From NCBI GenBank assembly GCA_030167865.1, contig JALAGF010006668.1, positions 1-35,629 of the forward strand: a stretch of 35,629 bases of DNA, in the 5' to 3' direction. Shown here one piece after another: positions 1 through 9,503 of the stretch (the first letter of the stretch is position 1; the number at the start of each line of letters is the position of its first letter). Under the pieces are notes generated by a model, which had not been told where the DNA came from, did not search any database, and was given only the letters and a program-made list of their open reading frames with translations. This DNA comes from Craspedostauros australis. Taxonomy: Eukaryota. Both the position numbers and the translations under genes were made by a program.

Positions 1-42
1 TTGCTGGAGCGAAGGTGGAAGCAATGGTGGCTGAGACGGTCA

Positions 43-76
43 TGTTGAATGCTGTTGAATGCTGTTGAATGCTGTT
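43..76. repeat. Short tandem repeat (TGTTGAATGC)x3
   Basis: Directly visible 10-bp unit repeated three times. Confidence 0.8.
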
Positions 77-1208
77 GGTTTGGGTGATGGTGGTGGTTTG
101 TGAGTTGATGGGATGCTGAGCTTGTGCGTTAGTGAGGAGAGTACTAGTGTTTTGTTGTATAATGGTGTTGTATAATAGGTTGCGATGGAGTGCAGTGAGT
201 GGATTGTATGTTTCTTTTGGTTGTTGGTTTGTTGATGGCTTGGAGTTTGAAATTGTGAGCACAGAATGTTGGACAGACAACTTCGAAGCACTGTCAGCAC
301 AGAATCAGCACTGTCGAAGGCGTCGGCGAAGATCGGTGTGACGGAGTGACCACGAAAGCAACCTCTGGAGTATCATAGAATAGTTCGTACTCGTATTAGT
401 AGTCGTACCCGTATTAGTAGTCATACCATTCGCCACTGTCGTCGAACCATGATGAAAGAGAGGAACGGTGAAAGAGTAGAACCGAGTGGAACCTGTTCTC
501 ATGACTTCTCAGATCCAAGAGAGATTGGAAGCCGCGCGGCGACCATGTGTGCATGGCGCAAGAGTATCGTGAGAGCACATGTCAGAGCGCCGGAGCAAGG
601 GACGACTGCTTGGATGGGAGGGAGAGGATGGAGCTTTGCGAGAGCGATTGGATCGACGAAGAAGTCGATCGCAGCAGAAGAATTCTCCGGATCACCCACT
701 GCACCACTAATCACCACGAGTACTGAAACGGGTGTGATGGCGTGCGTAAGCCCTTGTGAGCACGAAGTAGCACGGTGCGTACTCGTGTGTGTGGTACGGG
801 TCTGCGTGTCCTTGGCTGTCGCTGGTTTTGGTGGTGGAGGGCAACGGCTGGGAGTCATTCCACCCAAACGCTGCACGGGCACACCCTTCGCAAATGAGGA
901 TTTTGGTCGTGGCGGAAGGTCTTCGCTGTCGTTCCTGGGAAAAAGGTTTATCCTCGTGTGGTATCCTCGACTCATGTGACTGCATTGACAGCAATCAGCC
1001 GCCACAAGAGTGGACCAAACGTGGGAATACACGTTTGGCAGTTCGTTTGGATCTTGTTGTGGTCCATCCATGTCTGTCCGCCGCATTCGTTTGTTGATAA
1101 AAATAGAGATTATATATTATTTCACAACACACCCCAATTCAGCACAGAAATCTTTGGTGGCAAATCACACACAAACACGCACGCAGAGTGAGTGATGTGT
1201 GTACGAAT

Positions 1209-2945
1209 GAGGAAATTCACTAACCAGGTCGTTTTGGAGGCCAAAGTCCACTAACCAGGTCGTTTTGGTATTGGCCAATCACGATGGCCGGAATTTTGGC
1301 CGGCGCGTCCCTGTGACAACGNCGAAAATAATAATTTAGCCACGAAGCCAACACAAACATTTCACTGCAGAACAGTGGAAAGTAGTCTAGTTTATGATGT
1401 TGTCGATGAATCCTGTTGAGCAGAGGGTCAAACCAGCTAATATCGATTGCATACTAACATCAACCATTGGCATGTACCTACCTTGGAACAGCTACATCCA
1501 ACTGCAAGGAGATTCAGATTACATTTAGTCAGTTCATGTGCTGTCATTCGGTCACTGTGTGTAATGAGTTGGTCATATGTGCATAGAAAATGTCAATCAC
1601 AATCAAACCCAACACGACGCGCACTTACAACACACCCCAAAGGATCTGTTCACGAAGCATGAGGTCTTAGATCCGTCTGGAAGGTAGTCAAATCTGAGNN
1701 NNNNNNNNNNNNNNNNNNNNNNNNNNNNNNNNNNNNNNNNNNNNNNNNCCGTCTGGAAGGTAGTCAAATCTGAGAATCAAGATTTCGAGTGGTGCTGTGG
1801 GTGACAGTACTGCGAGCTACGCACCATACTGTACAGTAGATTGCCCATATGTGCCTATAAATGTCAATCACAATGAACTCCAACCCGACGCGCACTTACA
1901 ACACACCCCAAAGGATCTGGCCACGAAGAATGAGGTCCTAGATCCATCTGGAAGGTGTTCAAATCGATGGATCTAGATTTCAAGCGGAACATTGCGTCTT
2001 GTGAGGTAGATGGAGCACCGGACTGTCACCCACAGCACCACTCGAAATCTCCACATCCAGATATGGATGCCTTCCAGATAGACTGGAGACCTCATACTTC
2101 GTGGCCAGATCCTTTGGAGTGTGTTGTAAGTGCGCGCCGGGTTGGATTCGATTGCGATTGACATTTTATCTGCACATTTTGACAATCTACTGCACAGTAT
2201 GGTGCGTAGCTCACAGTACTGTCACCCACAGCACCACTCGAAATCTTGATTCTCAGATTTGACTACCTTCCAGACGGATCTAAGACCTCATGCTTCGTGA
2301 ACAGATCCTTTGGGGTGTGTTGTAAGTGCGCGTCGGGTTGGATTTCATTGCGATTGACGTTTTATATGCAAATTTTGACAATCTACTGTACAGTACGGTG
2401 TGTAGCTCATAGTACTGTCACCCACACTACATGACATCTAGATTCTCAGATATGGATGCCTTCCAGATGGACTGGAGACCTCATACTTCGTGAATGTACT
2501 CGCTGAGGTGTTCTCGGAGTGGTGGCATTGTTGTAATCAAGTATGCTTGACATTTTGTATGCACATATGACCAACATAGTACACACAGTGACCGAACGGT
2601 ATCATGAGAACTGGCTATATGAGATTTATCACTNNNNNNNNNNNNNNNNNNNNNNNNNNNNNNNNNNNNNNNNNNNNNNNNNNNNNNCAGTATGCAATAT
2701 AGTTGGTTTAACCCTCTCCTCGTCTTCCGCAGAACAGGATTCATCAACACCATCAAAAACTGGAGTACTCTACACTACTCGACAGGGACATGGTTGATGT
2801 GTTTACTTCACGGCTAAACTAATATTTTCGATGTTGTCGTAGAGACACGCCGGCCATTTCAGTCATCCAATCATCGTGTCGGGCACCAAAACGACCTGGT
2901 TAGTGGACTTTGGCCTCCAAAACGACCTGGTTAGTGAATTTCCTC
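1209..2945. mobile_element. Non-autonomous foldback / Mutator(MULE)-like DNA transposon
   Basis: Perfect 61-bp TIRs (1209-1269 GAGGAAATTCACTAACCAGGTCGTTTTGGAGGCCAAAGTCCACTAACCAGGTCGTTTTGGT; reverse complement at 2885-2945). Flanked by an exact 10-bp direct repeat GTGTACGAAT (1199-1208 and 2946-2955). Imperfect inverted similarity continues inward almost to the centre (~2000). No transposase ORF; two N gaps inside. Confidence 0.93.
1520..2632. repeat. Two oppositely oriented arrays of a ~196-bp tandem repeat inside the foldback element
   Basis: ACTGTCACCCACA recurs at 2022, 2218 and 2414 (period 196). The left arm holds reverse-complement copies; for example ~1619-1698 is the exact reverse complement of ~2252-2331. 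Confidence 0.9.
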
Positions 2946-3094
2946 GTGTACGAATCAATCCATTGCAGTTTCGGAGAACGGGCTGCTCATTGTCCGGTGG
3001 AAAGCTTGGTGCATGATCCTCTTGATTGAGCGCCTGTCCCTTCCTTTCCCTGAAGCGACGCCGGCATTATCCTGCCTTTTCTCAAGAACGTTGT

Positions 3095-3144
3095 TTCATT
3101 CATACGTTCATTCATACGTTCGTTCATTCGTTCATTCGTTCATT
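3095..3144. repeat. Degenerate TTCA/TTCG microsatellite upstream of the cap methyltransferase
   Basis: ttcattcatacgttcattcatacgttcgttcattcgttcattcgttcatt. Confidence 0.7.
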
Positions 3145-3257
3145 GGTTGTGCAGTTACCACAACGATTGCTGAAGCCATACTCATTGCAATCGCGGCAGA
3201 GACAAGCAAAACCAGGCACAGATTCATGCGCAAAGAAGAGCAAAAGGAAACTCAAAG

Positions 3258-5774
3258 ATGCCGTACCCGATGAGTGTCGCGAAGTCCAAGCACGACGTCA
3301 AGTTCGTGCACGCCATGCCTCCGCCGGAGACGACGTTGATGTCGTCCCCGCAGTGGTCGTTCTCCAGCACCTCGAAGATGTTCCAAGCCATCAGTGAGGA
3401 TGCCCGCCCGCCTTCGTCGAAGCGGCTGGCGGCTGTGTACTCATACAAGGACGCGCCCGACTATCCAGGCCCGTTGAGTCGGGAACTCACCATTCTGGGG
3501 GTGGCCGATTCCTCGATCAGCCTGGTGCGGAAGCTGGATCAGGATCTGCCGGACTGCTTGCATCGTTGCACGATCGCCGTCAAGCTGGCAGACCCCAAGC
3601 ACATGGCGAAGCTGCCACCGAACCATCAGCAGAACTCCAAGGCGTTCGGCCGGTTCATGCAGCGGCTGCGCCGGGAGGGCTGCGTGGCTGTGGTGGCGAA
3701 GGACAAGCACAAACGGTTTGGCATCATCAAGCCCATGCCGCTGGCCAGCGATGGTGATGCGTCGGCCTCGGGCAGGGATTTGGCCGCTGATGACTGCGCT
3801 GCGGATTGCTTCGTCGGGGATGTCAACGATGTCATTCAGTACCTGTCGGGTGGCGGTGCGGTCTCCAGCAGCGCGATGGAAACCGAGGCCGATGAAGATG
3901 ATGGCGCGCCCACGACTCCACCGTACCCACCACCGCCAGACGATGGTCCTCGCAACGGCGGTGGCGATGATGACGGAGCGCCGGTGTATGTTCCCGACGA
4001 TGAAGCAGACCAATACGGTTCCAGCGATGCCTGGAAACCACCGACCGGTGATCATGATGACGGTGGCGGTGGCGGCGGTGACTTCAGCGCACCTTGGGCT
4101 TCCGCAGACACTTCCGATGCTGCTGGAGACTCCGCTCCTTGGGCCTCATCTGCTGACGCCGCTCCTGCTCCTTGGATGGCACAAGACGACTCTGCTGGTG
4201 TTGGCGCCGGGAATGACGGGAAAAGGAGTTTCGAGGACATGAACGGCGGCGCGGATGAGTGGAACCAGAATGCCGACGATGATGGAGATGACGGTGATGG
4301 TGACGGCGACGATGGTGGGGACAACGATAACAAGTTCCACGCCAACTCTGGTGCAGCCGCCGCCGATGAATTCTACTCGAATCTCAGACGTGACAAGGGA
4401 ACGAGATCCGACTCCTGGATCTACCACATGCGTGCCTTCAACGGATGGGTAAAGGCCATGCAGATCCAGGAGCTCGACCCGCGCATCATCAAGAATGGCC
4501 GACCGCAGCCCAGGAGCAAGCTCCGCGTGCTCGATCTGGCATGCGGCAAGGGTGGAGACTTGCTCAAGTGGGCCAAGCACAGACGGAAGATGCAGCATTA
4601 CGTGGGGATCGACGTCGCGCGTGGTTCGCTGAAAGATGCGGCCATCCGCACACGGGCGATGCGGTTGAGGGACCAGCTGAATCAAGCCATCTTCACCTGC
4701 GCAGATCTGGGCGACGACGTCCCGGGCAGGAAGAAGTCGCCGAAGCACAAGCACATGCAAAAGCTCCTGAGCTGGTCGCTCGAAGATGAAAGTCCCCACG
4801 AATCCGGCGAACCGAAATTCAAGCGCGTCCGTGGTGGCGGCGTGTCTGAGTCCGATCGCTTCGATGTGGTCTCCATCCAATTCGCCATCCATTACATGAT
4901 GAGCACAGGCAAGCGAGCTCGGCGCTTCTTGCACACCGTCAGCCAGCTGCTAGAGATTGGTGGCAACCTCGTGTGCACAACGATCGATGCCCGTGTCATC
5001 ATGAAGCACCTGCTGGGCCTGGGCTTGAACTACCACCACGACGAAAGTGGTGAACGGCCGATGCCCAGGGCGGAGATCTCTGTCGGATCCGGTTCCTGCG
5101 TCCTCAAATTTGATCCCGAGATTGTGAAACGCATCTTCACGGCGAAATCGGATGGCAGCAAAGGAGAGGAGGAACTGTTCGGCCTGCAGTACACGTTCAC
5201 GCTCAGGGATGGTGACAACAACGCCGCAGGTGTGGGCGAAGCTGTCGATCTGCCCGAATGGTTGACCCCGCTACCCGTTCTGAAATCCATCGCCAAGGAG
5301 GCTGGGTTAGAATTGGACTACGCGCAGAACTTTCACGAGTTCTGGAACCAGCGGAAGGAACCATCGGAGTACAGCGAAGCGCACGGCGCCTTGCAGAACA
5401 TGAGGGTGCTGAATCGTAACGGGACCATCTCGGAAGACGAATGGAACGTGAGCCGTCTGTACGTTGCCATCAGTTTCCGCAAGGTCCGTGAATCTACGAT
5501 CGAAATCGACGATGAAGGCTCCGATGCGGAGGACGATGACGACGATGATGACGATGACGATGATGATAACAACAGCAATGGTGATGACGATGGCAACAGA
5601 GCGCAAGCTGCAAAGCCAGCCGTCGAACTGGATCCAATCAAGGCAAAGAAGATGCTCCCCATGGCCATGATGAAGGCCAAGAAGGTTGCCGGTGATGCGG
5701 TTTGGAGTACGCTGTCCAGCGATGACAAGAAGAAGCTGACACAAATCCAGCTGGAGAAGCTGGCCGCATTGTGA
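3258..5774 (+). CDS. RNMT: mRNA cap guanine-N7 methyltransferase with long N-terminal extension (838 aa, single exon)
   Basis: Family motifs HMRAFNGWVK, SAM-binding VLDLACGKGGDLLKW, YVGIDVA, FDVVSIQFAIHY, FGLQYTFTL and VDLPEWL; uninterrupted ORF. Confidence 0.93.
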   Translation: MPYPMSVAKSKHDVKFVHAMPPPETTLMSSPQWSFSSTSKMFQAISEDARPPSSKRLAAVYSYKDAPDYPGPLSRELTILGVADSSISLVRKLDQDLPDCLHRCTIAVKLADPKHMAKLPPNHQQNSKAFGRFMQRLRREGCVAVVAKDKHKRFGIIKPMPLASDGDASASGRDLAADDCAADCFVGDVNDVIQYLSGGGAVSSSAMETEADEDDGAPTTPPYPPPPDDGPRNGGGDDDGAPVYVPDDEADQYGSSDAWKPPTGDHDDGGGGGGDFSAPWASADTSDAAGDSAPWASSADAAPAPWMAQDDSAGVGAGNDGKRSFEDMNGGADEWNQNADDDGDDGDGDGDDGGDNDNKFHANSGAAAADEFYSNLRRDKGTRSDSWIYHMRAFNGWVKAMQIQELDPRIIKNGRPQPRSKLRVLDLACGKGGDLLKWAKHRRKMQHYVGIDVARGSLKDAAIRTRAMRLRDQLNQAIFTCADLGDDVPGRKKSPKHKHMQKLLSWSLEDESPHESGEPKFKRVRGGGVSESDRFDVVSIQFAIHYMMSTGKRARRFLHTVSQLLEIGGNLVCTTIDARVIMKHLLGLGLNYHHDESGERPMPRAEISVGSGSCVLKFDPEIVKRIFTAKSDGSKGEEELFGLQYTFTLRDGDNNAAGVGEAVDLPEWLTPLPVLKSIAKEAGLELDYAQNFHEFWNQRKEPSEYSEAHGALQNMRVLNRNGTISEDEWNVSRLYVAISFRKVRESTIEIDDEGSDAEDDDDDDDDDDDDNNSNGDDDGNRAQAAKPAVELDPIKAKKMLPMAMMKAKKVAGDAVWSTLSSDDKKKLTQIQLEKLAAL

Positions 5775-6274
5775 GGCGGAGGCGCAAGTGCAATGCCGAT
5801 GAATGGTATTCATTGGTCAATGCGACGTTTCATGGTGGTAGAAATATATTGTTACATGATAGCATTGCGTATTATAATACCACATGTCGGTATTCATATA
5901 ATACAAACAAGGAGACTATCAACGTGGAGGCAGAGTTGTCGTTGCCATTTCTCAGCACAGAAGTGATCGGAGTGAAGTTTTCGGTCGGCGCGGGGATCTT
6001 TCCCTCCCGCCGGCGAGGGGCGTTGTCAGAGCGTGCGCAACAAGGAACAGCGCGAAGTCGCAGCCACAACAAGATTCGCCACACACCACTGCGTCTCTCC
6101 TCCATCCTCCTGGTGGCACGACCATGGTCAAGCCACAAAGAGGGACGGGCATTGCCACAATCATCAACACCAAAGTCACCCTCGTGCACCGCATTCGCAA
6201 ATCGTAACACCGCGGAAACTAAGAGCACGATCCACCACGCAGAGCAGAGCAACACAAGAAGGCGCGGCAACGTG

Positions 6275-7582
6275 ATGTCCGCGAAGGCGCTGAAACGGAA
6301 AAAGAACAAGCTGCTCAAGCTGCTGCAGCCAAAGTACGGCGAATCATTCGAGGAGGCCGCCATCGTAGCGTTGGTGCAGAGCGCACCGAAGCTGTGCTCC
6401 ACACGCCACGAGCTCATTCACAGGTTTTCGCCACGGGCCATCCGAGGGCGTTGGCATGTGCTGCACCACATGATCCTAAAGAACGCGTCGCTGGAATCCA
6501 TCAAAGCAGTCTACGACGTGTATCCCGAGGCGATGCACCAGGCTTCGTTAATGATCCCCCAGGCTCATTGCTCTATCGTCGCGCGTCCTCTCCATTTCGC
6601 GATGCTCGCAATAGATGTATGGTCGACTGCCCAAACGAAGCGGGAGGCGGTCAGGTTCCTCCTCGAGAAAGATCCGAAAGCAGCGATGATCAGGAGCGAG
6701 ATGGGCGGAAAATTGAACATGACCACGGCCAGAAATGGCCTGCCGATCCATCTGGCGATATTCCACGGGGCAGATCATGGCATTATCGAAGATCTTCTTG
6801 ACATGGATCCCAAAATGCTTGATCACAGCGACGACTTGGCGATGCTGCCTTTGCATTATCTGTGCCAGCGTTTTCGTCCGTCCTACGCGAATCTCATCCG
6901 ACGCTGCATCGACATGTTCCCCGATGCAATCTATCGCGTTGTGATGCACCACAACATGCTTCCATTGGCATTGCTGTGCTCGTCCAGCGTTCAACCAGCA
7001 ACTCTCGACATCATTCAGCACGTGTACGAAGCGAAGCCAGATGCAGTTGACACACCAGACTCAAATGGTTTCTACCCGTTGCATCACGCATGCACGAACC
7101 TCTGCAAGAACAACGACGTCGCCATCCTTTTCCTCTTGGACAAGTACCCCGAAGCTGCCAAGATGGCGACCAAAACGTGGAACAAATCCTTGCCGCTACA
7201 TCTGCTGTGCGGAGACTACAGCACGGCGAAGGAATCCACGATCCACAAGTTTCTGGAAGCGTTTCCGGAGGCAGCCAGGACGGAGAACGAGAGGAAACTG
7301 ACACCTTTGATCAAGTATCTGAAGAGCTCAGGAACGAAGAGGCATCGTTCAGTCGCCGAAGCGTTGCGCAAAGCTCACCCCATCGAACTCAGCCACGAAC
7401 TGCAAGCAGCCTACGATGCGCTGATGTCTTCGAGCGAGAATTCTGATGAGGACGGCAACGGTAGCAGCAACAGGAGCAGCAAGCGTGGTAGTACAAGCGA
7501 TAATGCCGATGGTGGTAGTATTGCTGGTGGTGTTTGCCATGAAGGAATGGAATCACCACCCAAGAAGCCGAAAGCGGGATGA
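6275..7582 (+). CDS. Ankyrin-like repeat protein (~435 aa)
   Basis: Repeated LPLH/LPIH/YPLH helical repeats separated by YPEA/FPDA turns (NGLPIHLAI, MLPLHYLC, GFYPLHHAC, SLPLHLLC). First ATG of the ORF is at 6275; the upstream part of the 5771 ORF is probably non-coding. Confidence 0.8.
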   Translation: MSAKALKRKKNKLLKLLQPKYGESFEEAAIVALVQSAPKLCSTRHELIHRFSPRAIRGRWHVLHHMILKNASLESIKAVYDVYPEAMHQASLMIPQAHCSIVARPLHFAMLAIDVWSTAQTKREAVRFLLEKDPKAAMIRSEMGGKLNMTTARNGLPIHLAIFHGADHGIIEDLLDMDPKMLDHSDDLAMLPLHYLCQRFRPSYANLIRRCIDMFPDAIYRVVMHHNMLPLALLCSSSVQPATLDIIQHVYEAKPDAVDTPDSNGFYPLHHACTNLCKNNDVAILFLLDKYPEAAKMATKTWNKSLPLHLLCGDYSTAKESTIHKFLEAFPEAARTENERKLTPLIKYLKSSGTKRHRSVAEALRKAHPIELSHELQAAYDALMSSSENSDEDGNGSSNRSSKRGSTSDNADGGSIAGGVCHEGMESPPKKPKAG

Positions 7583-7998
7583 GCAACACAACACAACATG
7601 TCAAAGCGAGGTTGAGAGAAACGGAAAGAGAGAGAGAGATCCATGCCTCATCCAGAGCGCTCATTCTGCAGCTCCCCGCTTACCTTTTCGTAAAATAGTA
7701 TAATATAATAGTAATCTGCTGTCCTCTCCAGTGGGAATGGGTGGGTTGATGGAGTTGAGGAGGTCCATCCGCATCCACATATGTTTATTGTATCGAGTGT
7801 AGCTTACAGACCAAATTAGTTCTAAATATATTCTTGGCGCCAAACCCACACAAACGCGGGACCACTCACTCGTTTCTCTCTCAAATGCCTGCGGCATCCA
7901 CAACCGCAAGGACCACTCTGGTGGAAGACAACAAGACACAACTCTGGAAGAGGAAGAAGAAGTATAGCAACAACGGCAGCGAACAATAGAGTGTCACC

Positions 7999-9216
7999 AT
8001 GGTGCAAGGGCTGGCATTCCTGTCCAAAAAGGGCTTCAATCCAACCAACCAAGTCAACAGACGCAGGGTGTACGAGGCCGAACAGGAGGCCAAGCACAAG
8101 GCCGCGAGGACGAAGAAACGTGACGAGCAGCTGAAACGAGAGAAGGATGAGGAGGAGTTGGCGCGAGTGCGCGATGGAGAACGCGGCGGTCGTCGATCGC
8201 AGCTGTCCTTCATGTATCAGGCGCCGCCTGGGTTGGAGAGCAATGGACGAGAAGGGGAAGAAGCGCAATCGGACCTGCTGCAAGCCCAGGATGGCGATGA
8301 TGAAGCGGCGGCCGCCTTTCGCAGGTTGTTGGCATCGCATGGTGACAACGGTGGCGATGATAACGATGATAACGACGATAACGACGATGATGATGAGCAG
8401 AATGGAAATACTGACCAACAAAACGGTCTCGCGCATCGCTTCACTCCAGTGTTGCAAGGCTCCACGGTTGATGCGATGAACGGCAACGGCGATGGACAAT
8501 CGTCCCAACAACGACGACAGCAACAACAACAGCGACGGCAGCAAGACACACGATCCGCGCTGGAAAAGGCGGTCGGGCGCAAGGATAAAGGTGGCGCACT
8601 GAGCTGGGAAGATCAGGTGGCCCGATTCCCGCAATTGAAGAATGCGCCCAAGGCCAAAGGCATGAGCTCGTCCGACGTCAACGTTTCCTTCAAACCGCTG
8701 GGTGCGCAGTTGCGCAACGTGCGGTGCATGGCATGCGGCGTGTGGGGACATTCGCGCGGGGATCGCGAGTGCAGCAAGACGGGATGGAATCCATTCCAAT
8801 TGTCGTCGGCGAAGCTTGAAGTAACGCCGGCGCAATCCAGGAACAGCATTGTACCATCTTCCAAAGACAGGAAGAAAAAGAAGCGCAAGAAGAAATCAAG
8901 TCGCAGGAAGCATGACAGCGACAGCAGCGACAGTAGTTCCGATGGTGAGGAGCGCAAACGACGCAAGAAACGACATCGAAAGCACAAGAAGAAGTCTGCC
9001 AAACGGTACGGTTCAGACGACTCGCAAGAAGGGGACGGTGATGATTGGGATCAAGATTCGGTAGACGAACAGCGTCGAAAAAGGAAGCGCAACAAGCACT
9101 CTCGCAAGCATCGTCGTTCACGTTCGGAACGTAATGGTGATGACGACGAAGACGACAATGACATATCGCAGAAGAAGCAGCGGAAAGAGGATCAGAAAGA
9201 GAAGAGCGATGGATGA
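7999..9216 (+). CDS. CIR1: CIR1-like (CBF1-interacting corepressor, Cir_N domain) splicing-associated protein, 405 aa
   Basis: N-terminal FLSKKGFNPTN..N..RVYEAEQ, LSFMYQAPPG, FPQLKNAP, zinc knuckle KPLG..LRNVRCMACGVWGHSRGDREC, and a Lys/Arg/Ser-rich tail. Confidence 0.82.
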   Translation: MVQGLAFLSKKGFNPTNQVNRRRVYEAEQEAKHKAARTKKRDEQLKREKDEEELARVRDGERGGRRSQLSFMYQAPPGLESNGREGEEAQSDLLQAQDGDDEAAAAFRRLLASHGDNGGDDNDDNDDNDDDDEQNGNTDQQNGLAHRFTPVLQGSTVDAMNGNGDGQSSQQRRQQQQQRRQQDTRSALEKAVGRKDKGGALSWEDQVARFPQLKNAPKAKGMSSSDVNVSFKPLGAQLRNVRCMACGVWGHSRGDRECSKTGWNPFQLSSAKLEVTPAQSRNSIVPSSKDRKKKKRKKKSSRRKHDSDSSDSSSDGEERKRRKKRHRKHKKKSAKRYGSDDSQEGDGDDWDQDSVDEQRRKRKRNKHSRKHRRSRSERNGDDDEDDNDISQKKQRKEDQKEKSDG

Positions 9217-9503
9217 GATCGCGATGGTTGATTTCGTGGCGAAAGGAATGCTCATAAAGGGCAGATGAATCACAGTGCTCTCTGTCTCTCCCTCTATATA
9301 CATATTTATATTTCTTTATGCTGTGAGTTCAGAATGAAGAATTTGTATCCTATTTCCTATTCATAGGTAGATCCTTCAGTCACTTCAATAGCGATGATTG
9401 GGACCCATACTAATACGCTCCAAGTTCGTTCATTGCGTGGGCCTACGTTGCTTTGCGCGCTTTCTTTCTTTGCAGTATTTCGTTTGTCTCACTGTTGCTA
9501 TCG

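Noticed and set aside
449..1097. Overlapping ORFs of 100-195 aa on both strands
   Set aside because: No motifs or convincing coding pattern; could be a degraded element or part of a gene beyond the window, but not supportable.
1091..1128. AT-rich patch bounded by TGTTG...CAACA, like LTR termini
   Set aside because: Under 40 bp, with no primer-binding site, polypurine tract or second LTR.
1447..2797. Short ORFs inside the foldback element, and a CRISPR-like reading of its repeats
   Set aside because: The ORFs are translations of the repeat unit; the repeats are contiguous 196-bp units without unique spacers and no cas genes are present.
5771..6274. N-terminal 168 aa of the 603-aa ORF overlapping the RNMT stop
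   Set aside because: Starts at GTG and crosses AT-rich terminator-like and promoter-like sequence; the first ATG is at 6275.
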